Below, in pieces: positions 12,672-25,689 of a stretch of DNA of 64,000 nucleotides. A model generated the notes under the pieces. It had not been told where the DNA came from and made no database searches. It saw nothing but the letters and a program-made list of their open reading frames with translations. The DNA is from Octopus sinensis. Its lineage: Eukaryota. A program made the position numbers and the translations under genes. The first letter of the stretch is position 1, and every line of letters begins with the position of its first letter. Location: NCBI RefSeq assembly GCF_006345805.1, contig NC_043006.1, positions 30,256,001-30,320,000 of the forward strand. The letters run 5' to 3'.

Positions 12672-14760
12672 TACTGCCGAGTTGTGTTTGATCTTATCTA
12701 TTTCTCTTAGGATATCTGGAGCACCAAAAGTTGTCAGATATGGTTAGTTGAGGGTTTACATCACTGATACTAGCAAGATCAACCACATTAAGTTTACTAA
12801 AGACAGATCAGTATTGTCTCTGCAGTATCTCACACATGGATTTTCTATCATCATGTAGAGTGTGGTTCTCAGCCAGTGGACCAACAGTGGAAACAGCGTC
12901 TTTATGTTTTTCTGTAAATGAAAAGAACATCTTGGGATTGAGTTTTATTTTCTCAATGGCCTAACAGCTGTTCTTTGACTTTTGATGATGGTCATCTTCC
13001 TTTTTTGGAGGTCATGTTTTTTTTATTTGAGTGATGCAATGGCAGTTGAATGGGTGCGTTGCTACTGGCAGCATTGAAGTTGGTTGATTTTCTTGTTAAT
13101 TCTTTTCATTTTTCTGATAATTGCTCTTCTATTTCTCAGGATTCTGCACTTAGATTTGTATACTGATCTTAATGGAGTATGTTTTGTGCATATATTTGTC
13201 ACCATATCTACAAATGTCTGTCATGATGTTTATGTTGGAGGGGGGTGCATGAAGGCCCAATCAACCTGTTAAAGATTATGATCGATCGCATTCCAGTCTG
13301 CGTTATGAAAATCTATAGTGTCAAATGGATGGACTGGAGAGATGTCACTGGATTTGATATTTGGGTGGTAGAATCTCAGATCGCAGAGAACCATGTCATG
13401 GTCTGAGAGTAGTGGCATTTTTTCCACTGCAATATTGAGGATAGTGTCTCTGTGGTTACTGAACACTCAGTCCAAGGTATTTTCGTGACACCTTGTTGGT
13501 ACACGAACAAGTTGGGTCAGGAAAAACTCATCCATGAAATCAAAAATCAATTTGATTGCTTCCTTATATGGGGTTGGGGTGGAAAAACTTGGTTTCAAAC
13601 TGTTTGTGGACCAATCAACACTGGGAAGGTTGAAGTCCCCCATCATTAATATGTTGTCAGCATGACACTGATGGATGAAACACTTAATACTGGTGAGGCA
13701 TTCCTTGAAGCATAGAAAAGGAGTTAGGGATGGCCAATAGAGGCCAACTGCTATTGTTGGTTTTACTAAACACAGAAGCTGCCTCACAGTAGCCATTGGT
13801 AAATACGTCCATTGCTTCAGCCGAAAAAGAATCGTGCATGAAAATGTCAGTCTCATCCTTTCTTCTGCCAACATGATCTGCATGGACGGCTGTAAAATTC
13901 TTCACTCTCACATCAGCTTCCAATTGGAGGTTATTGAGGTGGGTCTCTGTGAGTACAAATAAAGGGATATTGTGTGGATGATCACTAACCCAGCCCTCAA
14001 TAAATCGGATCTTCCATTTCTGGGCATTGGTGGAAGGGCTGATGCCTTGTGCATTGAGCAAAAATGTTGAGGCAATGGTGGTGACTGGTTTTGATTGCTT
14101 TAGTGATTTGCTTGTTAAGGGCAGCAATGGGAGTTTGTGCGATAGGGTGATGGCCTTGTGTGATGGCTAGAATGTTTTTTGTAGCCAGATTCATTATGGT
14201 TAAAAAGAATTCTGTTTGGAGAACTAGAAATGCTTGTGGTTGTGCGTTTTGTATTGGTTAGGGCTCTTGTTTATATTTTTATTTGTGTGATAAGTCCCCG
14301 GGAGATGGGTAAATGGCAATTATGCTGTAGACATAATTTGTTACGCTGGGAATAGAGGCAGATTCTAGGGTTCCATGTAACATGAATTGCTTTTTTCAAG
14401 TTTGATTTAGTATTTGGTAAGGGTGATGGCAGTGGTGGTGGTGAAGTTGTTTCAGATTGTGCACTTTGATGGTAGCGACTGCTGTGAGTAGGTCATCAAT
14501 TATGGTTGAATTAAGGTGTGTTAAAAGTTGAGGCTGGGTCAGTTGTTCCTGCTGTGATGGTTGTTGTTGTTGGTGTTGACCAGAATTTGAAGAGAAAGCG
14601 CATTGGAGTTTTACAAAATGTCTATTAATTAATTTAAATGCCTTTTCAATTTGTTTAAGTTTGTTTTGAATCTGCTTGGAGTGATTTCTGAAAAGTTGAA
14701 TTGTATATCTGCAACATAATGTGTCTATGTTTTCCATTTGGGCAAGACAGTACCATGAAT
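12672..14760 (-). pseudogene. CR1/L2-group LINE 5' half: ORF1 remnant, APE endonuclease, linker
   Basis: NAQG..LTETHL, MMGDFNLPSVDW, PTRCHENTLDLVF, LSDHDMV, NPKMFFSF..VGPL..CEILQRQY; frameshifted. Confidence 0.85.
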
Positions 14761-14914
14761 TTATCAGGTCTATTTCATTCTCAGACCAATTGTTTTTAGA
14801 TTTTTGTTGTTATTGAGTAGTCATCTTAAGAGTTTTTTTCTAATATATTTGTTTGTTTATTATTGATTTACTCTTTGCGTTAGTATTTAGTTGTGTATAA
14901 ACGTATGCTACAGT

Positions 14915-15300
14915 ACTCTTTTACTCTTTTACTTGTTTCAGTCATTTTGACTGTGGCCATGCTGGAGCACCGCCTTTAGTCGAGCAAATCAACCCCAGGA
15001 CTTATTCTTTGGAAGCCTAGTACTTATTCTATCGGTCTCTTTTGCTGAACCACTAAGTTACAGGGACGTAAACACACCAGCATTGGTTGTCAAGCGATGC
15101 TGTGGGGGACAAACACAGACACACAAACACACATATATATATACATATATACAACGGGCTTCTTTCAGTTTCCGTCTACCAAATCAACTCACAAGGCTTT
15201 GGTCAGCCCAAGGCTATATAGTAGAAGATACTTGCTCATGGTGCCACACAGTGGGACTGAACCTGGAACCATGTGGTTGGTAAGCAAGCTACTTACCACA
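14915..15300 (-). mobile_element. SINE family A
   Basis: Near-complete reverse-complement copy. Confidence 0.9.
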
Positions 15301-15830
15301 GTGAAGAATTAGTGTAGATGAATATTTACAGATGCTTGAAGATAAAATATGTGAATGATAATGCAGAACGTTTTGCTTTGATGAAGAAATTTGTAGTTCA
15401 AAAGTGAAAGGTGTTTTGTGGCCGTTAGTTTTAAAGGGAGAGTTTTCAACAGAGATATATGAGTGTGAAGTGAAAAGGCTGTGCGTAAATTCTGGGTGGT
15501 CTATGAATTCAATAGAATCACAGGAGAAATTTATACTGTATTCACGAAAAATCATTTCTTTTTCCACAGGTTATTGCGGGCAGTATGGGGTCAAAATTAA
15601 TCTTCTGTTTTCTTATCACAGCTTTCGCAAAGCCGGGAGGGGGGGATGGGGGGTTTAGTCTTATTCATAGCAGCAAATGTATAGTAATATAGATTACAAA
15701 GTGGGTATCAGGGTCACCAAATGAAATGTTGAGACATAGGTCAAGTAGTTTGATCTTACTGGAAGAAAGCCAGTTGAGCAAATAGATATTGTATCAAGGT
15801 AGTTAGAGAAGGTGTTGTGAACTGGGTGAT

Positions 15831-16128
15831 GTGTGTGTGTTTGATGGGGTGTGCGATACAGAAAGCGTGGTGTGTATGTGAAATTCTTTTGTTAGTGTGT
15901 GTGTGTGTGAAGAGACAGAGAGAGCAATGGTGCTGGTGTGTGTGTATGTGAGAGAGAGAGAGAGAGCTAACTGAAATTGGAAAGACTTCATACAAAAAGT
16001 GAAGAAAAAAATTTCAGTTATCTTTCTTTCTCTCTCTCTCTCTCTCACATACACACACACACTAACAAAAGAACTTCACATACGCACCACACTTTCTGTT
16101 TCGCACACCCTATCAAACACACGCACAC
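15831..16128. repeat. Fold-back (MITE-like) inverted repeat
   Basis: Outer arms 15831-15905 / 16052-16128 and inner arms 15938-15978 / 16010-16058 pair. Confidence 0.8.
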
Positions 16129-16606
16129 ATCAATTCTTTCGCTTCATGCCGACATCAAAAGATAACTCCCCACCTCTCTCTCTTTTAAGCCAACTTCAAA
16201 AGATCCCCTCCCCCCACCCCACATACACATATATAAAAAAAATTTTATTTCACAGAGAGCGACAATCTTGTTGAGAAACATAAACAAAAAGCACATGGCC
16301 CTTTTGACATTTATGGTACTTATATCGAAATTTTGCCGGTAATATAAACAATCGCATGACAGTTGCCATGTCCTTGTATACGCTCTAACACACATCTATA
16401 CATGTATATACAATGGCTGACACTTTATCCACAGACTAACATCAGTTAAAAGTGTCCCAAATTATACATTCATAAACTTAATAACAGGTTGAGTTAGAAA
16501 GTTATTTAGGGAGACCCATCTGGATGAATATTCAGATATATGGTAAGTGGCATACACCTATGTATATAAACTTATATTTTAACATGTATACAAATAGATA
16601 TTCCCA

Positions 16607-16722
16607 TAGGCGCAGGAGTGGCTGTTTGGTAAGTAGCTTGCTAACCAACCACATGGTTCCGTGTCTTTTGCTATAGCCCCGGGCCGTGGATTTGGTAGAA
16701 GGAAACTGAAAGAAGCCTGTCG

Positions 16723-16758
<36 letters not shown>

Positions 16759-16975
16759 ATATATATAAGTGTGTGTGAATATGTTTGTGTGTCTGTGTTT
16801 GTTCCCCTAGCATTGCTTGACAACCGATGCTGGTGTGTTTACGTCCCCGTAGAATAAGTACTGGGCTTACAAAGAATAAGTCCCGGGGTTGATTTGCTCG
16901 ACTAAAGGCGGTGCTCCAGCATGGCCGCAGTCAAATGACTGAAACAAGTAAAAAGAGTAAAAAAAAAAAAAGAGA
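16607..16975 (+). mobile_element. SINE family A (internally deleted)
   Basis: GGCGCAGGAGTGGCTGTTTGGTAAG head, GGCGGTGCTCCAGCATGGCCGCAG tail. Confidence 0.9.
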
Positions 16976-17130
16976 TATATAACTGTACACACACACACAC
17001 AGACATTTTTTTATATATTTAAGCAGAAATATTCCAATGCATGTATATAAAAACAGACTCATATCAAGCATAAAGACAGAGTCAAAGAAGTGCAAATATT
17101 TCAGATTTTATGTTTTATTGTGAGTGTGTG

Positions 17131-17384
17131 TATTGGGTTGGTGCATAATTATTGTGGCATTTTTTTCGACAAATTTCATTCAACAAAAACAATAACAATA
17201 TTTAACAAAAACATCTTTAAATGATGGTCTGTCCGTCTGCCAAGCAAATGGGAAGCAGTAATTGAAGTAGATGGTGAATATACTCCGGAGTAATCATTTA
17301 AAGATGTTTTTTGTTTCATGTTGTAATTGTTTTTGTTGAATAAAATTTGTAAAAAAGCCGAAATAATTATGCACCAACCCAATA
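17131..17384. mobile_element. mariner-derived MITE with ~90-bp TIRs
   Basis: TATTGGGTTGGTGCATAATTATT termini with TA; core encodes LPSKWEAVIEVDGEY (mariner C-terminal LPxRWxxVIxxxGxY). Confidence 0.9.
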
Positions 17385-17394
17385 TATATATATA

Positions 17395-17792
17395 TACTCT
17401 TTTACTTGTTTCAGTCATTTGACTGCGGCCATGCTGGAGCACCGCCTTTAATCGAGCAACTCGACCCCGGGACTTATTCTTTGTAAGCCCAGTACTTATT
17501 CTATCGGTCTTTTTTGCCGAACCGCTAAGTGACGGGCACATAAACACACCAGCATCGGTTGTCAAGCAATGCTAGGGTGACAAACACAAACATACAGGCA
17601 CACACACATATACATATATATACATATATACGATGGGCTTCTTTCAGTTTCCGTCTACCAAATCCACTCACAAGGCTTTGGTCGGCCCGAGGCTATAGCA
17701 GAAGACACCTGCCCAAGGTGCCACGCAGTGGGACTGAACCCAGAACCATGTGGTTGGTAAACAAGCTACATACCACACAGCCACCCCTGCGC
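17395..17792 (-). mobile_element. SINE family A, young full-length copy
   Basis: Complete head, body and tail with CpGs retained. Confidence 0.92.
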
Positions 17793-17951
17793 CTATTATA
17801 TATAATAGACAGAATGATATAACAAAGCCAAGGCTGTGAGGAGTTTTCGGGACATTTATAAGGAAATAGTCTTACAGATGTTTCTGGGATCTTATGGATA
17901 TCCCTTCAACAGAGACAGTGTAAGAAGGTTAAAGAGAGGAAATATATACAC

Positions 17952-18200
17952 GCATCACCAAAGTGACAAAGGACACTAATCAGGACAGGTACTGCTAGAA
18001 ATAAGAGTCAAAACACCTCAGTAGCCACAAAAAGCAGTATTTTAATGAGCTGAGAAGGGAGATGGAGCTAGATCACTGATGATTTTGCATTCTGATGCTT
18101 AACACATCTTAATGCTCTTGTAGCTATTGGGTCGTTTTGATTCTTATTTCTAGCAATATTGATGCTGATTAATGCCTGTGAATTAGCCACCCATATTATA
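17952..18200. mobile_element. Palindromic MITE-like repeat (second, inverted copy at 18826-19075)
   Basis: Internal arms ~17978-18030 / 18118-18170; 17952-18118 is a diverged reverse complement of 18826-19022. Confidence 0.6.
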
Positions 18201-18205
18201 TATAA

Positions 18206-18718
18206 CTAGCAGTATCGCCCGGCGTTGCTCGGGTTTGTAAGGGAAATAACTATATAAGCATTTTTAGAGAGTTACTTCCCTTATAGATGCCAATTCGGGC
18301 TTTCTTAGCCATTTCTGTTTTGGTGTCTTCAAGCCATGAAGTCGTTGTTCTAAAAGAACGCAGGTCTCCTTGACAACGCTTTACGACGTTGATTTCCTTA
18401 CACTCCCTTCCCCACAGCTTCACGAGGGAGGGAAGAAGGGGGAGAAGCAGCACAGGTGCAGGTGTGACCATGGACGCCAACTTCGCCGCCATCGACACAC
18501 GAAAAATTATGCATTAAAATGGAATAAAAAATGATGTTAAATTATTTTTAAAATCGTAGACTCATCGTAGACGCGCGCTAATACTCAGACGGGCTCGATA
18601 TGAATCACGACTATAAGATACCGCTTTTAGTTACACTGCACCGCAAAATGTGGGAGTCGTTAGGAATCTAAATCGAAGGGGACAGACACTCACACAACTA
18701 CAGTTTTATATATATAGA
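18206..18718 (-). mobile_element. Non-autonomous Helitron
   Basis: Minus strand A|TC 5' end, 3' hairpin CCCGAGCAACGCCGGG then ATACTG-CTAG|T; no TSD; CpG-rich. Confidence 0.85.
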
Positions 18719-19089
18719 TTTTCACTTTTACCATTTATGAAACCAGCATATGATTTCAATGGAGATCTTATAAGCTGACAAGGCAAGATGGGTTTAACCC
18801 TAGGCACGGAAAGAGAGTCACTGATGAGCATTAAGATGCATTAAGCATCAGAAAGCAAAATCATCAGGGATCTAGTTCTATCTGCCACCGTAGGGGGTGA
18901 GGGGGGCATGTCTACCTTCTCAGTTCATTAAAATACTGCTTTTTATGACTATTGAGTTGTGTTGACTCCTATTTCTAGCAATGCTGGGACTGATTGGTAC
19001 CCTTTGTTCACTTTAGTGATGTCTCTATTTCTGCCTTTAGGTTGTAAAATTGCAAATTAGCCACCCAATATTATATATGCATACATATG

Positions 19090-19240
19090 TCATCATCATC
19101 ATCATCATCATTTAACGTCTGCTTTCCATGCTGGCATGGGTTGAATGGTTTGACTGAGGACTAGCAAGCCTGGAAGCTACACCAGGCTCCAATCTGATCT
19201 GGCAAGTTTTCTACAGCTGGATGCCCTTTCTAATGCCAAC
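19090..19240 (-). mobile_element. SINE family C 3' part
   Basis: (CAT)n-TTTAACGTCTGCTTTCCATGCTGGCATGGG..CTACAGCTGGATGCCC. Confidence 0.8.
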
Positions 19241-21105
19241 ACACACACACACATAAATGGTTGTATAATAAATTACATAGGTTTAAAGTGAAAAGGACAA
19301 ACCAAACAAAATAAAAAGAAAAACTAAAACCAAAGTGACACAAAACAACAGAAGTAAAATACAATGAAAACAAAAGGGGAAAAGAAAGGAAAAAGATAAA
19401 GGAGAATATCTTTAAAAAAATTATGCAAATGGAATGTTTTTGGCATGGATAAGACAAGAGCCCCAGTTACAACACTGAATGGGAAGTGCAACATTATTAA
19501 GCATTCAGGTTCCTGTCAAATGCATTATTTTATATCTTCGAGATTCAATAATGTGATAGAATATTTTTAGAATGACATTGTAGGGCAAGTGTGAGAGGCT
19601 GAATCTGGCCAGTTTTAACATAAAAAGACAGCAGTAGGATTTGGTTGCTGCATACCAGTGCAGATGTCTTTCTTGCATGCCACATCCAATGATTCTTATG
19701 TCCAACATTTCTCTCAGGGCGCTTACACTCTGTTGTCTGTACACACTGACATTACACATCCAGCGGGTCATGCTAGCTTCATTTCTTTCAAGCCTATGCA
19801 TGTCTTCAGCAGTCACAGCCCATGTTTCACTGCCGTGAAGCATGGCAGTTCGCACACATGATCATACAATCTACTTTTCACTCTGAAGAGAGGCCCTTTG
19901 TCACCAGTAGGGGTAGAAGCTTTCTGAACTTTGCCCAGCCTATTCTTATTCTAGCAGTAATGCTCTCTGAGCTTCCACCCCCTCTACTAACTTGGTCACC
20001 TAAGTAGTGGAAGCTAACAACAACTTCTAGTTTCTCCCCCTGGCATGTGATGGAACCTGTTTTTTGAGCATCTGTGGTGTTTATTGCCCCTGTTCATCTG
20101 CCACACGTGAAAGCTATCTTCCCAGTTAATCTTTCTTTGATGTTGCTGCACCTCTTATGCGTCCATAGCTTACACTGAGTACATCTTATGTAGTTTCTAC
20201 CTACACCTTTTCTACAGATCAAACAAGGCCATCTGCCTGAAGGGGTGTGTGATGTGTTCACTTCTTACCTGCTAGGACTTTGGTTTTTGTGACATTGACT
20301 CTAAGGCACTTCGATTCTGATCCTTGCTTCCATACCTGAAATTTCTTCTCTAGTTCTGGTAGTGATTTTCTATGAGGGCCAGGTCATCAGCATAGAGGAG
20401 CTCCCAGGGGCAACCTGTCTTGAATTCCTTTCTTATTGCCTGGAGGACCATGATGAATATCAGGGGCTCGAGGACTGATCCTTAGTGGATCCCTACTTCT
20501 ACCCGGAATTCTTCACTGTACTCATTGCCAACCCTCACCTTACTAATGGCCTCTCTGTATAGGCCTGTACAGCCCTTATTAACCACTCATCAATCCCTAG
20601 TTTCTGCATCGACCATCAGATAAGGGATCGGGGGACCCTGTCAGAGGCTTTCTCCAAGTCCACAAAAGGGGTTTATCTTTGGCTAGGTATTTCTCCTGCA
20701 GTTGCCATATCAAAAATATAGCATCTGTGGTGCTTCTACCTGGGACAAAACCGAACTGCATCTCACCTAAGCAGACTCTCTCCCTAATTAGTCGGTCAAT
20801 GACCCTCTCTGTGACCTTCATCATCTGATCCAACAGTTTGATATCCCTGTAATTACTTCTATGTAAAGCATCACCTTTACCCTTGTAGCAGTTGACTATG
20901 GTACTACTACGCCAGTCATTGGGTATGACTCCATTATGAACTACCTGGTTTACAATACGGGTGACTAGGCCATAAGCCACACCACCAGATATTTTAAGCA
21001 TCTCAGCAGTGATTCCTGATGGGCCAGGGGCTTTTCCTGGCTTCATACCCTTAATTACTTCATCTACCAGGGTGCTGTCTATTCGGATAGCTGGTCCCTC
21101 TACTG

Positions 21106-23458
21106 CAGTGTTTCCCAACCTTTTTTCCCGGCGCCCCACTTTTTCATAGCAAAAGTTTTTACGCCCCACCTTTTCCCATGTCCACTCACATTTACAAGTA
21201 CATGTGGGCCTACTTACAATTGAAAAAAAATCAAAAATTAAAAAATTGTATTCAAAATACAAAAAAATAGTTTGAGAATTGAAACAACAGGCACTGAAAG
21301 TGCATAACACCCAATAAATCGATAAAATTATTACGATTTTTCATGTTTTTAAAAAATGTCAATTTATAAAGAATAAAGAAACACGTTTTTTCAGTTCAAT
21401 TATTTGACGGTCAGCTCGACTAATTTAGTGAGAACCCTGTGCCTGATGCATACAGCACAAGTTTTTAATTTGAGGAGACAACTTTGTTAATTTCAGTCGT
21501 AAATCGCCATGTTTTGTAATCTCAAGCCGGTTTCTCTTGGCTTCGAGCAAATTATCAACTGCACTAAAACCACATTCGACCAAATAAGACGAAGGGAAAG
21601 GAATCAGTAGCTCTCTCGCTGATGTAGAAATTTTAGGATATTTTCTTTCAACCTCGTCATATAGCCACATCTTTGTACCTTTCAATTTAAACAAAGTCTT
21701 CACTGATTCATCATGTTGTAATTCTGATAACTCTTCTTGGTATTGGATTGTAGCATCAGAAACGTTAATCAGAAGCGGTTGAGTTAACCAAGAAGGAAAA
21801 TTCATTGCCTTTAAATCGCAAAATCTGTCATTGAAATCCTTTATCAAGATATTTAAATGATCAATAATTACAATGCCAGCATCATTCGTTATTTCACATT
21901 TACTCAACCAGTAAAGTTCACTGAAATTTCTTTTGGAAAATTCTTTTTCCATAATTCGAGAGCTGTAATAAATCCAAAAATCTTTGCTTTTGCATCAATA
22001 AGTGTCATGTTTGCACCTTGAAGTTGTTTATTCAAGTTTCCAAGTTTCTCAAATATGTCTGTCAAATAACTGACAAATGCTTTTCCATCCGTTGTTGACA
22101 GCAATTTCATTTCACATTTATCACTAAGAAAGTCGTTAATCTGATCAAATAATTCCATGAACCTCTTTAAGCAGTTTCCACTTGATAGCCATCTTACTTC
22201 TGTATGAAGCAATAATCGAACATGTTCGGCACTTTGATTTATACAAAACTGCTTAAAAAGATGTTCAGATTTAGAATTTCTTTTAATGCTGTTGACACAC
22301 TTGATCACACTTTGAAGAATCTTGTTAAGAACAGGGGACAATTCTTGGCAACCAAGTTTTCTTGGTGTATTACACAATGGACAGTCAACATGTTTGGATT
22401 TTCATCCTTCATCATTTTTAAGCATCCCGTATTCTTGCCCATCATGGCAGGTGCACCGTCTGCCGCATATGCCAGTAAGTTTTCCTTTGGTATTTTGTTT
22501 GCATCCAAATAATGTTTGATTTTGATGTAAATATCATTTGCAGTTGTGGTGGTTTCAAACGATTCGCAGAACAGCATCTCTTCCTGAAACTCCTCGTGGT
22601 CAATATACCTCACATAAGTCAATAACAGAGCCTCACTGTCCCGGATTGTGGATTCGTCCATTTGTAATGAAAACTTACGCAATTTTAATTTCTCAATGAG
22701 CTGGCTTTCAACATCTTGCCCCATTTCATCTATTCTGTTCGAGACAGTGTTATTACTGAGTGGCATAGTCCTGATATCTCCATCATCTTTTTGTAATACA
22801 GTTTTTAAGAATTTTGAGATAGCAGGTTTAATCAGTTGCTCTCCAATAGTGTGAGTCTTTCCATGTTTTGCTATAAGCAAGGAGATTTCGTAGCTGGCTT
22901 CAAGGGCACGAGTATGAGGCGCTTGTTTTGCATGAAATAGTGAAGTGAGTTTTGTTCGGTTTTTAAATTTTTCTTTCAATGATTTGAAGTATTCCAAATC
23001 TAAATTAGAATTATTAGGATGTCTTACCTTTAAGTGCGCTTCCAGCCTACCTGCCTTCATTGACTCATTGCTCATCGTCTGATTACATAATAAGCAAAAC
23101 GGTTTACGCTCATCATGCTCATCAGGAATGAATCCAAACTTCAAAAACTCCACTGCGTATTGACGAGTCTTCTTCTTGTTTGGTTTGCTCATTTTCAATA
23201 GGGCTAACAAAAGACTAATTGAGGCAAACTAATTGAGGCAATTGATTGGCTTATCTGAATAGTAAGTTTATTGCTCAGTGCGGGATCTTCTTTGTCTCGC
23301 TGGGGTGCGAGAGTTTCCGATGTGGAGGCTTCAAAGGAAAGACGGAATCTAAGGTTGTGCCCGCGATGACCGCTCGTCATGTACAAATATTTTCACAGCC
23401 CACGTCTATGCCCCGCGCCCCACCAGTGGGGCGTACACCCCCACCTTGGGAATCACTG
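21106..23458 (-). mobile_element. Full-length hAT transposon, Buster/Charlie type
   Basis: TIR CAGTGTTTCCCAA / TTGGGAATCACTG; perfect 8-bp TSD CTCTACTG at 21098-21105 and 23459-23466. Confidence 0.95.
21425..23192 (-). pseudogene. Buster-type hAT transposase, two 1-nt frameshifts
   Basis: BED finger CLLC..HLKVRH, FSLQMDES, ADGAPAM, HCVIH, LLHTEVRWLS, FPSSYLVECGFS, HQAQGSH C-terminus over three overlapping stop-free ORFs. Confidence 0.92.
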
Positions 23459-24145
23459 CTCTACTGGATCAACATTTGGCAGGCTCTCCTCCTCCCATTC
23501 ATTCTCCACGTTCAGCAGTCTTTCATAATGGCTTCTCCAAGCGTTTTTCTTTTCAGAATCATTAAAAGCAAGTGCACCATCATCCATGTGGACACATTTC
23601 TCTCCTGTGACATCACAATTTTCTCTCACACACTGTCTTGCAATCCGAAATACCTCAGTTCTTTGGTCCTCATGTCGCTGGACATTGGCAAACTTCTTAT
23701 CTGTTTCTCCCTTGGTTATGTATACCTGTTGCCCAGCCTCCCTTCTGGCTATCTAATACAGTTCCCTGCTACCCACACTCTTCCAGGCTTTCCAGGCCTG
23801 TTTCTTTGCTCTAATGGCTTTGTCTAGTGTATTATTCCACCACCACTTTACTCTAGATCTGGAAGGGATTTTGCACCATCCGCAGACTTGGTCTGTGGCA
23901 CTTAGTAAGCTGTCCTGTAGGAATTTCCAGCTACCCTCTATGTCCGAGGTCTGTAACTCCTCCTCTCTCTTATTAAACTTTTTGATGAGGATGTCCTTAA
24001 ATCTCTGACCATGTGAAGGGTTCTTTAGCTTCCAAATCCTTCTTTTCTGGATTGGTCTTCTTCTTGGCATCATTCTGGCCTCAAGTCTAAAGTCACTAAT
24101 GATTAGTCTATGCTGGGGGGCACATTCTTCACCCAGGAGGAACTA

Positions 24146-25665
24146 AAGGTAAAGAAGCCAGAAAAATATATGGTAACTACAGAGGTATTGCTCTACTATC
24201 AGCTGTTGGCAAGGTTCTGGCAATTATTCTTCTTACCCACCTGAATGGGTGTCTCGTAAATGATGTCCTATCTGAATGTCAATGTCACTTCTGATCTGGT
24301 AGAGAGACAATGGATATGATTTTCACAGCAAGACAGATGCAGGAGAAATGCTATGAGCAGAATATGGATCTTGTCCATGTATTCATTGATTTAACCAAGA
24401 CCTTTGATACTGTGAATAGGGCCCCCCTATGGAAAATACTAGCAAACTTGGATGTCTGGATCACGTATATATAATTAAGTTGTTTCATGATGGGATGGAG
24501 GTTTGGGTCAATGTTGGTGGTGGCATGGCAGGACCCATTCTTGTGGGGAATAGTGTCAAGCAGGGTGACATCCTTGCCCCAACTCTCTTTTCCTTTGTAC
24601 TTTGCTGCTGTTTTTACTCATTCTTTTGTTAAGGATAGCTCTCTGGGAATATATGTCAGGTATTCTGTACATATCTTCTAGCTGCCTCTTTAATCTGTGC
24701 CGATTTGCGGCCAATTCAAAAGTTTTCCAGTCTCTTATTTGTGACCTCCTTTATGCAGATGACTGACTTAGTCACTCACCAAGAAACCCATATGTGGAAC
24801 CAGCTATCTAGGTTGAAGGAACAATACTGAAAGTGGTACACAAGTTTGTGAACCTGAGCAGCACACTCAGCCATTCTTGCTCCCTGGATGATGATATATC
24901 TTTCATGCTGCAGAGAGCAACTGATTCCTTCTGGTCTCTTCAGTCTCGTATCTGGTCCCAGTATGGCATCACAAAGCAAACAAAAATTGCTGTGTACCAT
25001 GCATGTGTACTGACATCACTCTTTTACTCATGTGAGACAGGGACCCTTTACAAACATCATGTAAAGGTCCTTGAATGCTTTCATCAGAGATGTCTCAGAC
25101 ACATTCTGAATGTTGGCTGGACCTTAAAACTCCAGACACACAGGTCCTGAGGACAGCTGATGTCTTCAGTATTGAGGTGATGGTGCACAAGCATCAGTTA
25201 CATTGCACTGGACACCTTATTAGAATGAAGGATAGCGGGATTCCTAAACAGATGCTATATGGGGAACTTGTGAATGGAAAGAGACCCCAGTAGAAACCAA
25301 GGCTGCAATTTAAGGACTGTGTCAAGTCCTCATTAAAGGCCTGTGAAATGCAGGAGACTGACTGAGAGAACTATGCCTGTCATCACCACAGATGGAAGAA
25401 GTAGATTAAGGAAGGGGTTGACACCTTTGAGAGAGCACATATTCTGCATGAAGAATTTAAGCGTGCTGCTCGAAAGTGCACTGCTGGTGCAGTGAATGGG
25501 GAAGAATTGGTCTGCAATGTTTGCAGTCATGTATGCTTGTCAAGAGCAGGGCTCATTAGCTACCAACAGAGCCACAAAGGCAAAATATAAGTTAGTCCCA
25601 GAGCACATAATGTTCCTGAAGGTCATCAATGGTCTTTCTCGGTCATGAGTGGACAGCCATCATAT
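24146..25665 (+). pseudogene. RTE (BovB-like) LINE, 5'-truncated and decayed
   Basis: NYRGIALLS, DMIFTARQMQEKC.EQ, FIDLTKTFDTVNR, VKQGDILAPTLF, LLYADD, IPKQMLYGEL, terminal CNVC..H finger. Confidence 0.88.
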
Positions 25666-25689
25666 ATATATATTGCAGTATTGACCAGA

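Larger units (their letters stand above)
19640..24145 (-). pseudogene. RTE LINE (APE C-terminus to RT C-terminus) split by a hAT insertion
   Basis: EECAPQHRLIISDF, WWWNN, KAPGPSGITAEMLK, NYRDIKLL, MQFGFVPGRSTTDAIF, YADD region, HGSETW; sequence is continuous across the hAT once the TSD is removed. Confidence 0.9.
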
